This document shows, in pieces, positions 1-12,678 of a stretch of 64,000 bases of DNA. The translations under genes were made by a program, and so were the position numbers. The stretch lies in assembly GCA_964019335.1 (NCBI GenBank), contig OZ025649.1:744001-808000 (forward strand), read 5' to 3'. The notes below the pieces were generated by a model. It had not been told where the DNA came from. It made no database searches and saw only the letters and a program-made list of their open reading frames with translations. How positions within the stretch are numbered: position 1 is the stretch's first letter; the number at the start of each line of letters is the position of its first letter. This DNA is from Diplonema japonicum (taxonomy: Eukaryota > Protista > Euglenozoa: Diplonemea).

Positions 1-1
1 G

Positions 2-688
2 TTGCCCATCCACGATCTGCACTCGCCTCTTGAACTGCTGTACACGGTAGTCTTGCCGGTGGCGGCGGCTGGCTACTACACAAAGACGTCGTCGTACTTC
101 TCGTGGGGGTGCCTCGTGCTGCGGGCTGCTCTGAGGGTGGCGGGTATTGCTGGGGTATGGGTGCAGACCATGTCATGGGTGTGCTTTGCTTGCAGTCTTT
201 ACGAACGGAACTTTTGGTGCGCTGCTGGATTATTTAGCGGGCCGCGTGGCATACCTGCATGGTGCCTGGGCCATGCGGTGCACAACGTATTGGCAAGGAA
301 CGCAAGGCTGCTGTCGGCAACGGAATGTGCAGTGACGGGGTTTTACCTGTCGTGGGTGCTGTTCTTCTCGACGGGGCACCAGACGGTTCTGTCCAGCATC
401 GACTTCGGGTCTGCCTTCATCGGCTTCACACATCTGCACCACACTGTCCAAGGCGTGCTGCTTGTCGGCTTCAATACATTCTCGTCATTTCTAACTCCTT
501 CCTTCTACCCATCCCATCGTCTCTCAGCACCGATTCTCGCTTCCCATCTTGTCTTGTTCGCAGGCGCCTTGCTCGCAACCGCAGTGCACAGGAGGCACCT
601 CATGGTGTGGGAGGTCTTCGCGCCTCGTATGCTGTTCGGAGCTGTCGTAGGCATTGTGGCTTCTGTGAAGGAACTCTGCGGGTTATGA
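2..688 (+). CDS. GPI ethanolamine-phosphate transferase (PIG-O/GPI13-like), C-terminal part; 5' end outside window
   Basis: Multi-TM; motifs FFSTGHQTVLSSIDFGSAFIG and HRRHLMVWEVFAPRMLF match the PIG-O/PIG-G C-terminus. Confidence 0.88.
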   Translation: MPIHDLHSPLELLYTVVLPVAAAGYYTKTSSYFSWGCLVLRAALRVAGIAGVWVQTMSWVCFACSLYERNFWCAAGLFSGPRGIPAWCLGHAVHNVLARNARLLSATECAVTGFYLSWVLFFSTGHQTVLSSIDFGSAFIGFTHLHHTVQGVLLVGFNTFSSFLTPSFYPSHRLSAPILASHLVLFAGALLATAVHRRHLMVWEVFAPRMLFGAVVGIVASVKELCGL

Positions 689-815
689 GTTTTTAGTGTT
701 TGGTTTACGAAATACTTCCCATTTTTTGTGTTTTTTTTTTCTTCCCCCTTTCAATGTACCATCACGACGGTTGGGGGGAGCAGCGCAGCGAGGCGCAAGA
801 AATACAGAAAAAACC

Positions 816-1313
816 ATGGGTATTTGCAGCGGAAAGGAGAAGAAGCCCCCGAAGCACCAAGCACGGGGTGGGGATTTTGTAGGCAAGCAGAGGTCGCTCA
901 GCTTCGACTCAGACAATCCACCCGCAGAGGGGGTGGGGCTCGCGTGCCATGGGTGCAGAACACCATTAGGGAAAACGAGGGTGAGGTTTGAGGGAAAGGA
1001 GCTGTGCCATAATTGTTATCAGCTGGCAGCGAGAAGGCAGCCGCTGCCAATGGAGCAGCATCAGCAACAACAGCACTATGATGAAGATCCCTATAGAAGA
1101 CAGTACGAACCGGAGCGCCGCCACCACCACCACCACCACCACCACCGCCCAAGCAACCACTATGATGACAGACAGCACTATCAGCACGATCAGCACCACC
1201 GCCCTGAGAGGCACAACAATCATTATAACAATGTTCCCAAGCCCAACAGAGGTGGCAGAGGGTATTATGACTACACTCGTACTTCCAAGAACGATCAGGA
1301 GTATGACCAGTAG
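816..1313 (+). CDS. Small protein with predicted N-terminal acylation, a CxxC..CxxC zinc finger and a His/Gln-rich tail
   Basis: ATG at 816 after an ACAG; MGICSGK (myristoyl/palmitoyl-type start); CHGC-x16-CHNC. Confidence 0.65.
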   Translation: MGICSGKEKKPPKHQARGGDFVGKQRSLSFDSDNPPAEGVGLACHGCRTPLGKTRVRFEGKELCHNCYQLAARRQPLPMEQHQQQQHYDEDPYRRQYEPERRHHHHHHHHRPSNHYDDRQHYQHDQHHRPERHNNHYNNVPKPNRGGRGYYDYTRTSKNDQEYDQ

Positions 1314-1834
1314 AAGGAGGAGAAGAAGAAAAAATAAGAAAAAAAAAATAGACGGGAAACAGAATTTAAGATATTTTCTTCTTTATTTCACCCCCCCCAG
1401 CCCGCATAGTTGTAGTATCAGCATGGTGCTTCGAGAAGATTAGAGATGCCACCTTAAATATTTTAAGAGTTTTTTGTTCTTTTTAAATTATCCCCTCCCC
1501 TTTTTTTCTTCTCCCCCCCCCCCCCCACAGGCTGTTCTTTCAGGGGTATTCGTGCGGAAGATTGTTGTTGTTGTGTCAGCGCTTCTGCCCCATCGTTAGC
1601 CCTCCCGATTTCGCTACTTAATACAAGGCAGCTGCGGCCCTTCTAGAGCAATTTAGGAAGACCCCCTCACCCCTTCCCTTTATAATCTTTTTTTTTATAC
1701 ATATGCTTGCCTTTGTGAGGAAAGGTAACACGTACTTTTACGTGTAGGGCCTCACGGTGGCGTGGTTTTGAAAAGCACCCCCTCTCCCCTCCCCCCCTTT
1801 TTTTTAAATGTTCTATTTTCCTTTGCTGATGCCT

Positions 1835-1889
<55 letters not shown>

Positions 1890-3101
1890 TTGTTGCCTTC
1901 GTCAGTTTTTCTTATTGATCGGAGGTCTTTTTTATTTTTTTTTTGTGATGATGTTTGCTTGGCGGGTCATTGCTGACTTCCCTATCAATCAGTCACCGTG
2001 AATGTAACAATAGAAGAAAGAAGGAAAGAAAGAAGGGGGAGAAAGGCAAAAAGGAAAAAAGAAAGAAGCAAGAAAGAGAGCCCTATGTTGTTGCTCATGC
2101 GCACAATTCGTATTTCCTTTTTACACGAAACGGAGCTGACCGGCTGCACCACAGGAAGTTATAAAAGGAGCATGCGATTCAGAAGAGGAAAAAAGAGGAG
2201 AGGGGACGCCGTGTCTTGTTGAGTGTAATTTGTTTTCTAATAATCCCCTTCCCTCCCTTCCCCCCCCCCTTTTTTTTGATTTCTTTTTCTGGAAGAAGGT
2301 ATTTTTTAGAAATTAAGCTTTTTTTTTTTTCTATGAAGAGTTTTTTTTTTAACAGAAGAAAATGAAAAGAAAAGCAGTGCTCTCTGATAAACTGAGTTGA
2401 AGAACGAGAGGAAGAATCTTGTCTACGAACTAAGTATTGAGCGACACAAATTATGAGCACACGCGGTTTTCTTTTAGAATTACTTTTCCCCATTCCTCCT
2501 TTCCCTTTTTTTTTTCACCCCCTCCTTTTTTTTTTGTTATTTTTGTTTGGTTTCTTTCTTTCTTTTTTTTTTTCCGCCTTGAATCATAAATCGTTGAGTT
2601 ACTAATATTCTTCTTGCATACCTCATGGTGCTTTCAAGTCTTCCCAATCTCACTATTCCCCCCCCTTTCTTTCCTTCTTCCCCCCCACCCCCCCCATTGG
2701 TACACTGTCGTTAATTCACATCTTTCTAGTTTATTCCCAGAGATGTGTGAAGGCAATAATGTCCAAACCAACTCACGAGAGCGGGGAAGAAAAAAAAAAA
2801 AAGAGAAAAAGAAAAACGAAAAAGAACAAAGAAAAGAGTCACCCGGACCAAACAAAGCAAAAAGTACAAGGGGAGGGGGAAGAGAAAAAAGAAGAACAAA
2901 GGGAAGAAATAAAAAAGAAAAGTGAGAGAATTAAAAAAGGGGAGGGGGGGAAAGCAAAAGAGAAAAAGGACCCAAACCCCCACCCCCCTCTCAATTTGGA
3001 TTATAAGAAAGCCCTTTTACGATGCTCGATTGATAATTGAATCCAATACCATCTTTTTAAAATTGCTTATCGCTCAGGAAGGGGGGTGGTGTTTACTTTG
3101 C

Positions 3102-4850
3102 ATGCGACAATCCACGAAGGACCGAGCATGGGGTATAGAGTACTTAAGGAAGCGGTGGGTGGGAAGGGCCGACCTGGAGGTGAACTGGGAGAAGATTGCG
3201 CAGAACAAAGGAGACGAGCACGTTGTGCGGTACCTGCAGAAGCAAGGCGTTTATAGGGTCGGCATAATCGTTGAAGTAGACGAGGCAGCACAGGTGATCA
3301 TCGTCTTCACAGGATCTGAGAGGTCAACAGTCAAGCTGCGGACAGTAAGCGGCTCGGGCTTCAAAGAATCAGAGCTAGATGACCGGCTTGTGGAGCACAT
3401 CGTACGGCGGTACTACGACGAAGAGGAGGAGCCCCCCGAGGAAGAGGAACAAGCCCACATTGCAAAGGTGCAGTGGCCCACAGCCTCCAACACATTCCAC
3501 ACGCTGTTCCTTTCTGAGAGCAATGAAGGGCTTTACAAAGGCCGTCCTTTCGGACGGCTTGTCTACGATTCTCACCAACAGGTGCTCATCATCCCGCCGC
3601 TCGAGACAGCCGTCCCCCTTCCCCAGAACAGGCTGCACGAATCAGAGGTCCTCAACAGTGTAGCTGAGCTGTACACCAACAGCAGAGTTGTCACCAACTT
3701 TAAGTCAGCCTCGTGGGTCTGCAGTGGCGCCTCGCACCACATCAGAATGGTGGACAACAGAGGTGACTGTGCGGGGTTCGCATTCACGGAGCTCTCGTGG
3801 GACCCTCACCGCCAGGAGCTGAACTTCCCCCGCTACCGCGACATGTACCTCCCGCTCCCTAAGGATAAGCCTTCGGAGACAGTGCTTCTTAGCACCCTGC
3901 GGAACATGTACAGGGGCACGAGCGTGGTGTGCAACTTCGACCTGGTGCAGTGGGTGTGCGATGGTGTGCGGCACACCTTGTTCCTCGTCAACGAGCAGGG
4001 GCTGTACAAGAATATGTTTTTCACGGACATCGCGTGGGACAAGGCGTACGGTGTTCTAATGCTACCGCAGTACAACAACGTGAGCCTCCCGGTGGACAGG
4101 GACGGCGCGCAGGACGTGCTTCGAAAACTGAAGGCTGTTTTTCATGGGTCGCGAGTAGCGCACAACTTTGCAGCGGAGTTAGGGACGAAGGTGATCAAGA
4201 CACCCGCACCTGTCGTGATCTATGAGGACCCGGTACGGCTGGTGGACGTACTGTCGCCACGGTATGACAGCGGGAAGACAAGCCCGCAGGTGAGCTTCAG
4301 GATGCCAACGGAGAGAGATTTGCTAGATCAGAACCTGAGGAGGTTTGGATTTGAGGAGTTCGAGGTACCTGCGGATGGGAACTGCCAGTTCCGCTCTGTC
4401 GCGCACCACTTGTTTGGTGACCACACACAGCATTTAGAAGTACGGCGTGATGTAATAAAACATCTCAAGAAGCACAAAGCGCAATACGCGCCATTTGTAG
4501 AAGATGACTTTGCAGTGTTCCTCAAGAGGATGGCACGGTCAGACATATGGGGTGACCACGTCACACTGCAGGCTGCTGCCGATAAGTACAAACTCCTCTT
4601 CAACGTTGTAACTTCCCACCTCTACGACGCTGGTGAGAAAGGTGGATGGCTGCACAAGATACGACCTAAAGACTCGAAAGGAAAGAAAACCGAACCAAAA
4701 GCCTCCTACTGGGTATGCCATGAAGCAAAAGGGGGATAATAATAATAATAATAATAATAACAATACACACAGCTATCATATTGTGAAGAAAGCCACGCGG
4801 AGCATTACAACCCCATCACACGGCAGACCAAGCCTTCTGTGGTGGTTTAA
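3102..4850 (+). CDS. OTU-family deubiquitinase with three tandem ~78 aa repeats; intron 4713-4772
   Basis: VPADGNCQFRSVA catalytic Cys motif and WGDHVTLQAAA; removing the GTATG..ACAG intron restores YWLSYCEESHAEHYN with the catalytic His; stop TAA at 4848-4850. Confidence 0.88.
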
Positions 4851-4900
4851 GATTTTTTCTAATTTTTTTTTGTTCCTCCTTATTCTTCTTATGTACTATA

Positions 4901-4935
<35 letters not shown>

Positions 4936-5112
4936 AATTTCACCCCCCCCATTTATTCTTGTGTGTGGTTGCTTAGACGTCGTTAGAGGCGTGCTTCCGT
5001 TCACCCCGCACTCCTTTATTTTTGCCCACTTGTGTCCACGGTTCAGAAGTGAGGCACGAGGTGTTGTGAGTTCCCTAGAGCCGAGGTCCCCCTCCCCTCC
5101 ATCCTTGGGCCT

Positions 5113-5151
<39 letters not shown>

Positions 5152-5225
5152 CTGGTTTGATTAGGTTTTTTTTCTTTTATTCCTTTCTCTCTCCCTTATG
5201 CACACCACTCGCTATCTACCGCTTT

Positions 5226-5263
<38 letters not shown>

Positions 5264-5592
5264 CAGGCGTCCTGCCACATACCGCAGGTACCCTTAAATG
5301 TCTCTTTTTTTTTTCTCTTTTTTTTTTATTCCTCGAGAAAAGAGAAATAAATTTTATTTTATTCCCCATACACCTTTCCCCCCTATGAGAGAGATTGTTG
5401 AGGCCTATGATTCTCGTTTTTTATTATTATTTTTTTTCCTCCATTTTCTCCCGGATGTTATTCTTATTATGTTTGCACTTGCTTTAGAAGTCCATACAGA
5501 CGAACAGAAGCAAGAAAGAAGGGGGGGGAAAAAAAAAGAAAAAGAAGAGAAGGCGAATCGAAAAGAAGAAAGAAAAGAGAAAAAGAAAGAGG

Positions 5593-5629
<37 letters not shown>

Positions 5630-5634
5630 AGCAA

Positions 5635-5931
5635 ATGCCTGCCTTCGACCCCGCAGCGGTATGACCTATAAAACACAAGACCAACGATGCTCTTCCTCAG
5701 ATGGCGAACATGAGAGCGCACCTCCGAGACCCACACCACAACTCAGTTATAGTCAAGCATGGCAAGGAGGCTTGCGTTGACTACCGGGGCTTGTACTACA
5801 TGACTCAGGGCCAGTGCTGTGCAAACAATCCAATGAAACAAGACGCAGCCCTTCACAACCCTTTCGGGTTCATGGGTTTATACTGGAAGGGAAAGGACGG
5901 GAAAAAGCAATGGGGAGTGCAATGCATGTGA
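5635..5931 (+). CDS. Small hypothetical protein (84 aa); intron 5659-5700
   Basis: ATG after CAG; 42 nt GTATG..CAG intron joins MPAFDPAA in frame to ORF 5701-5931; coding-like composition between homopolymer tracts. Confidence 0.6.
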
Positions 5932-5936
5932 CACAT

Positions 5937-5969
<33 letters not shown>

Positions 5970-6127
5970 GTTCTCTTTGATATTTACACCGTAAGAAAAG
6001 GGGATAGTTTTTGTTTGGATTTTTTTATTACCTCCCCCCTACCCCACCCATTCCTTGTTACGTCACCAATTCAAAAAGAAAAAGAAAGAAAAGAAAAAGG
6101 CGGTTGCTGCAAAGATGCGAAACGGAA

Positions 6128-8017
6128 ATGGACACCTCACGCAGTGCAAGCTGGATCTCATACGATACGTTCTTACGTCTTGAACGCGACTGGGGCCGGC
6201 TCTGCGCAGAAGGGTGGAAAGGGTACATCAAGAAAGAAAATGCGATAGGTGGAATCGTAGGGGGCATCAAGCTCGATGAACGGCTAGTGGAAATCATGGA
6301 CAAGAACGGGTCAGGGACAGGGAGCGTCTCTCTCCACGATGTGATGCGCGAGAGCTTCCCCGCGGTGGGGAAGTGGGACGTCAGACGGTTCTTTGTAACA
6401 GAGATCCCCGACGAGCAGCTTCTCACACTGAAAGGCTCGTTTGGGCAGGGCACCATGATGCGGTACCTTCCAAAGGACTGCAAGCATTTTGTAACGACGT
6501 TCGACGCGCTGACACGGTCCACCGCCTCACGCCTGTCCCTCCAGCAGCTTCTTGCAGCTAGCGAGGTCATCGGCAACATGCGGTTCACTTTGGATCAGTT
6601 CGTCGAAGCAGCCTGTAAATGTAACGTCGATCCTCAAAGGTACCGTGCGTCGTTTTGGGAGGTGCTCCGCGTCCTCTTCCCACGTGTCCCAAGCCAGGTT
6701 ATCGAGAGATACGAAGCGCTGTTCATCCCCTCCAGCGATGTCTGCGCCTTTGCAAGCTGCTTCAACGGCTCCAGCCACCTCGACCTCAATATTGTCAAGC
6801 AGAACCTCAAGAATTCCAACACCCGCTCCCTCAACCTCACCAACGGGATCTCCGTTGACTATCGTTCCTTCGCACAGATGGACAAGTCCAAGGACGGCAA
6901 GCTCTCTCTTTACGAACTTGTTCAGGTATGTGCAGTCCTTACACCCACCGCAACAGTCCTACTACCCCAACATACCCCCACCACATGTGAAGAAGGCCAT
7001 CCAACGGCACAACATAGTGGTTAAAGAAGAGGAAAGGTTCACTGCAGAGAACCAGTTCAAGATACAGGTGTGCTCTTTATGTGGTCAAGCATGCACAGAT
7101 GCGGCTTCCTGTCTTGGACTTTCTTAACAAGAAGAGGAATGAGCCCAAGGCGCGACCTTTGAGCGTATCGAGTACCGACACTGCTTCCACGATGGACAGC
7201 GATGTATGTGCCAGCACACACGCAGCCATTACAGCCGGAGAAGCACCGCACAAGGTGTTCATCGAGGTGCAGCCTAAGCACCTTGAGCGATAACAGTATC
7301 GAACGGGAGGAGGACCTCTTCTCCGCATCGAAGCGGACGCTTCCCTCGCTTCACTTACTGGACGTCATGTACTCAGGGCTTGCCCAGAAGAACAAAAAGG
7401 CTGCATCTGGCGTGTCGCAGAGGCTTCTGTCGAAGGCCAAGATAAAACCGAAGGGGACACCGGGGTCAGTAATGCCAGCAAATAACCATAGGTTATGGAA
7501 CGATAGGGTGGGGAGGACAAGCACCTTCAAACCCCTCGAGAGAGTCCAGAGAACCGTGCATCCCTTGGCGACGAAGGAGGAGGAGTCTGTGTGGTACAAG
7601 AATGGTGTGTCGCAGAAACCGGAGCTCCGACGGAGTGAGAAAAAGTTCATGAACGTAGGGGGGTCGAACATGACTTCGACAAAGACGTACAAGGTGACGG
7701 AGTTGCTAAACTTTGACAACAGCGAAGTGTTCTTGACCACCAACGGGAGCGACGTCACGGTGCACTGCCCCGCAGTCCACGAGCTGTTTGAGGAGAGCCT
7801 CAGCATTCGGCCAGTCAAAACCAAAAGGTTCGGCAAGAAACTGAACACAAGTTCCGACACCTCAACCTCAGTCTCCACCCGGGTGCAGCAGCACACCAAC
7901 GAAAATAGAGAGCCTGCCAGGCAGCCTCCGTTCCCTAGGATAACACCTAAAGCACCACCTAAATCACAGAACCCGAAGTCAGAACCACGTGCCAGACGGC
8001 TCACCATGTACGCTTGA
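6128..8017 (+). CDS. EF-hand-containing protein; introns 6926-6956, 7068-7098, 7204-7234
   Basis: EF loops DKNGSGTGSVS and DKSKDGKLSLYE; three 31 nt GT-AG introns join four ORF-track fragments in frame. Confidence 0.78.
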
Positions 8018-8126
8018 CACCATCATCTCATATCTGTCATGGAGTGGGCTTCTTTTACAAGAGGCTTCTTCTTTCCGTATCTTGTTCTTATATCGCATTG
8101 ACTCCAGCCGGATTATCTTCCTCAGG

Positions 8127-8666
8127 ATGTCTCGGGGCGGGGTGATACGATTCCACGAGGTGAATGAGGTGCCTTACGGTGTCTTCAGCATCTTGTCGCC
8201 GCACCCCATAGTAGTGAGACACATCTCGTACCCTTCTGCGTATCACTACTTTCTGTGTCAAAAGTTCAGAGGAACGGACTATGAGCACACGATACGACAG
8301 GCGAATTCGCTGTGGGAGGTGGACAGGTTTGTGAGGCGGGCGGAAGGCCTGCAGAGGCCAGAATGGGACAGTTCCAAGATGGAGGTGATGTTGCTTTCGG
8401 TGTACTACAAGTTCAAGCAGAACCCTGAGATACAGGCACTGCTGCTGAGTACAAGCAGCAAGGTGATCGTCAACCACACTTCTGCCGACTTTTTCTGGGG
8501 GGACGGCGGTGACGGGTCAGGGAAGAACATCATGGGCGTGATCCTTATGGCTGTCCGCAAAAGGCTTTCAAATGATGACAAGCTCAAGAAGCGAACAGAG
8601 ACAGCACAAAAGTCCACACCTACCTCTGGCAATGCAGCCCCTCTCTCCGTTTCCCCAGTTAGATGA
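8127..8666 (+). CDS. NADAR (YbiA-like) family protein
   Basis: YGVFSILSPHPI, YPSAYHYFLCQKF, KFKQNPEIQALLLST, DFFWGDGGDGSGKNIMGVILMAVR. Confidence 0.9.
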   Translation: MSRGGVIRFHEVNEVPYGVFSILSPHPIVVRHISYPSAYHYFLCQKFRGTDYEHTIRQANSLWEVDRFVRRAEGLQRPEWDSSKMEVMLLSVYYKFKQNPEIQALLLSTSSKVIVNHTSADFFWGDGGDGSGKNIMGVILMAVRKRLSNDDKLKKRTETAQKSTPTSGNAAPLSVSPVR

Positions 8667-8786
8667 GTCTCATTAATTATTTACACTTTATGTTCATTCT
8701 TTTTATCGCCTTTTAGCCCACGTACCGTAACTGTTTCGTCAGGAGGGGGAGGGGAGGGTGTAGTTTTTTTCTTTTGATCATCAGTT

Positions 8787-10027
8787 ATGTGGGCGTTCAA
8801 GTTGTTCATATGGCTTCTCTTCACCTTCTTGTTGGGACCCTCCATCGGGCTCATTGTCCTCGTGCTGGTTGAGCTCATACCACTGGACCCTCTGAGGAAC
8901 AAGGTGTGTTCGTTTATGAAGCCAGCACGCACGACACAGCTCATGCACCAAGCTAACCTGACGAGAGGTGACGTACTGGCAGCACCGAAAACAGAGAAAA
9001 TCAAAGATGAGAATGAGGTATGCCCCGTGCCCGCACCTACACAAACAGGATGATGTCATGCGGGTGGGGACCTGTACCATGCAGGGGTGGAGACGGGGTA
9101 TGGAAGATGCGCATTTGTTGCTTCTGAAGTTGTCCGGCACACACCCAGAGCACAGGCTGTTTGGTATGACTCGAGTTAATACTATTACCTCGCCTTAGGT
9201 GTGTTCGATGGCCACTGCGGCCCGGACGTTGCAGAGTGGGTAGGGAAGCATCTCCCGGCGCACATTGAGTCGTCGGCGCACTTCGATGACGGCGACTACA
9301 GTGCAGCCATGACGGAGGGCTTCATAAGTGTGGATAGGGAACTACGGAGGGAGAGGGTGGTCGGGGGGAGCACAGGTGTAGTGACGCTCATCACTCCGGA
9401 CGACGTGCTGCATTGCGCTAATGTAGGGGACAGTCGATGTGTGGTGTCGAAGAACGGAGAGGCGGTGGCGCTTAGCAACGACCACAAGCCGACCCTGACC
9501 GAAGAACACGACAGGATTGTGAAGTGTGGTGGGTTTGTGGCCGCAGGGAGGGTTATGGGTTCGCTTGCCATGTCACGAGCGTTTGGGGATTTCACATTCA
9601 AACCTCAGAATAAGGACCCCGCCGCGGAGATGGTGACCGTGGTTCCGGAGGTCATCTCACACCCGCTCACGCCAGACGTTGAATTCATGGTAGTAGCATG
9701 CGATGGGATATGGGACTGCTGCAGCAACCAAGAGGTCGTCGACTACGTACACGAGTGCCTCGCACGGCCCTCGCCACCGTCTTTGTCAGACATTTGCGCC
9801 TCTCTGTTCGACGCTATCATCTCCCCTAGACCCTTTGGTCTGGGTTGCGACAACATGTATGCAAGTACCTTAAAATGTTTGATTACCCATACAGGTCGAT
9901 GCAGCTCATCCTCTTCAAGCACCCACAGCCACCTCACTCTATTTCCTCGGCACCTTCAACACCAGTAGATGCTGATTCTGTTGGTTCTACTGATGCGGGG
10001 CCTGCCAACGAGGAGGATGAACAATAG
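8787..10027 (+). CDS. PP2C/PPM protein phosphatase with N-terminal TM anchor; introns 8904-8939 (in-frame, uncertain), 9018-9048, 9164-9198, 9857-9894
   Basis: MQGWRRGMEDAH, FGVFDGHCG, ANVGDSR, SNDHKP, SRAFGD, ACDGIWD, GCDNM are all recovered after splicing. Confidence 0.92.
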
Positions 10028-11096
10028 AGACATTAGCGCTGATACATGTGAACAAGATAGTCCGTGATTCTCCCCCCTCCCGCTACCCTCCCTTTTTTCT
10101 TGTTATTTCCAAAGTGTGCAGAAAGAAGAAAAAGAAAAAAAAAGAAAGGAGAGAAGAGAGGAAAAAGAACTAAAAGAGAAAAGCAAGAAGAATGACAGCC
10201 CCTTCGAAGAGAGAAGGTTGAGATGATTGAAGAAGAAGAAGAAGAGGGGAAAGAAAAGAGGAATAAAGAGCCAAGAATATCCTATGTTTCATTCTTTGTG
10301 CCCTCCCCAAAGGTTAAAGGTTACAGCTGGGGGGTTCCTTCCTTCTTTTTTTTTTTTTAAATGGACAACGATCATTATTATCCCCTACTTTAAACTCCCC
10401 CTTTTATTTCTACTTAGGTAGACGAGGGGCATGAGGTCAATTATTCGCTATTTGTCACTCCGAAACCTGATCTTTGCGACAAAATCTGTGTGTTGTTGTT
10501 TTCACCGAGTGCTATTTTACATTCGTGCATTGTTCCTTTTTGGTACACTACAATAAGACTTAAGCTTTTTTTTGCCTGACGAGGAGGTTGCGGCAAAATA
10601 GCGAATAATTGATAATTTGCGAAGTTGAGAAGTGTCTACAGTACTCCTCACCTCCCCCATACATAGTTTTTCTGCTTTCTTTCTTTCTTTCTCGTGCCTC
10701 CTTCCCATTCCCACCCTCCGGCAAGCTGTATTTTGCATTTTTTTTTTTTCGAAGCCGTAAGGAAACTCGGCGGGTTTTTATTTTTTTTTATGACCAGGTT
10801 GTTATTTGTAATTATCAGAGAAGGAAGAAGAAATGTTCAGCAGCGGTGCACGTTGCAAGTAAAAAGAAATTTGCAACGCGTTGCGCACACACAAGGAATA
10901 ACTTGCCTATTCTTTTTTTTTTTTTGCTCCCCCCCTTCTCCCCTTTCTTTTTTTGTGAGAATTATAGTGGAAGATTCAGAATCCTTGACTCGCGTTGATG
11001 CTTTGAGGGGGGGGGGGGGGGGGTTCCGGGGGTCCTGATTCACAGCTACTGCGACATGTTCCTCCCGAGTTGTGAATCTAAACACGTTAGTTTTAA

Positions 11097-12559
11097 CCCT
11101 TATCCGCCCAACGATTCATATATGAGTCGTTAATGGGGGTGTTGTTCCCTGTGTCCATCCAAACCTGAGTCTTGGACCGGTTTCCATAGAAGAAAAATGG
11201 AATGGAAAGATTTGGAAAATCTGCGTTAAATGCGCTATTTGTATCCATCTGAGACTTCATAACTTCAACCCAGAACGGGGTACCGAGATACTGGGTGACA
11301 CCCAAAATATGGGTATTTTCCTGATTTTCTCTTGACTTTTTCCCTATGAATTTCTTTTTTGAGTCACTCGCAGGTCCTTATCAAAATCAACAAGCCAGCA
11401 CACAACGAACGTATTGGGGACAGCCCCCAGCCTCATTTAAGCTTTTTAGGCCTGTTTGCCAGTGACGAGGCACCCGTATCTGACGAGGAGTCTGGTGAAT
11501 CTCTATTTCTGACAAGGAGTATGATGAAGAACAGGGGAAGAGGAAGAGGAGGAGGAAGGGGAAGAAGCAGCCTCTATTAAGGGGGATTTGACCGACTATT
11601 GGTCGGAAATGTCGAAGAACCGGTTCGAAGTGATCCTGCGGTACTTGCACCTTGCCGATCCTGCTGCCAGAGAAACCGACAAGCTGCGTCTATACGCCCG
11701 GCCATCGATCTCGTGAAAGGGAAATGGGTGAAGGCTCTGACCCCTGAACAAAATTTGTCCGTGGACCACTCCTCCGTCAGTTTGTCCCGACGAACGTAAT
11801 CAATGGGGTGTTATTCTCAGCGAAAGCAGCACGGGGTACTACCCCGACATGATGGTGGGGTCGACACCTACAGGGAAACACCAAAGACTGTTGTGGGAAG
11901 GCTCCTCTCCGCATACGAGAACAAAGATACGAGAACAAGGGTTATCATTTGTTTATCGACAACTGGTACAACGGTGTTCAGCTCTTCCGCGAGTTGAAGG
12001 GCGTGGGGATACACTGCTGTGGAGCGATTTGCAAAAATAGGCGGGGTCTGCCCAATGTAAGTGCCATGGAAGCAGGTAGCGTGACGTATCAGAACAACGC
12101 TGGCCTGGTCTACCTTGCTTGGTCGGACAGACGAGATGTGCACCTATCTACCTTACCTGTGGGCGAAGAGTTTGGGCAAGGTTTTGCGACATCCGATCAA
12201 TGCACCTCCATGGCTCGAAAACATTAAACATTTGGTGGAATGAACGCAGATTTTCAAGATCTTTGTTTTGAGGCAGATGGCAGGACAGCGGCAGAATAGC
12301 CACAGGACAGGCCTGAATGGGAAGATTTCTGAGTGCTGGTAAGGCTGAAATCACTGTTGTGGGCCACCTACTCATGACCCCTGAACATTGGCTTCTTATT
12401 GATCGAAATCACAAAATCTTTAGTGGAATGAACGCAAATTTCAAATATATCTTTCAAATGCGTACCTCGAACCATAACATAACCTCAAGACTTCAGCATG
12501 TCCGATGCCAACAAGGGAAAATCCAAAAATCAATTCAACCCCCCCTGGGCTGATAAGGG
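11097..12559 (+). mobile_element. Decayed piggyBac-family DNA transposon (1463 bp)
   Basis: TIRs CCCTTATCCGCCCA (11097-11110) and TGGGCTGATAAGGG (12546-12559), 13/14 match; TTAA at 11093-11096 and 12560-12563; transposase remnants IRPAIDLV..TPEQNLSVD, FIDNWYNGVQLFREL..GAICKNRRGLP, LAWSDRRDVHLST in broken frames. Confidence 0.93.
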
Positions 12560-12678
12560 TTAAAAGAGTTGTTTTTTTGCTCCTGCGAGTGCGTCAGGTC
12601 TGTATAATCATTTTCTCCCCCCTTCCACCCTTCGAAGAACAAGATTTTTGAATAAAAAAAAAGAAAGAGAAAAGAAAA

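Noticed and set aside
1313-3100. Many ORF-track entries rich in F or K here and at 37.0-40.3, 46.6-49.4 and 60.3-62.4 kb
   Set aside because: Artefacts of poly-T/poly-A tracts with no protein-like composition.
11041-11080. Hairpin GATTCACAGCT..AGTTGTGAATC just left of the piggyBac
   Set aside because: Single isolated stem with no family motif, outside the TIR.
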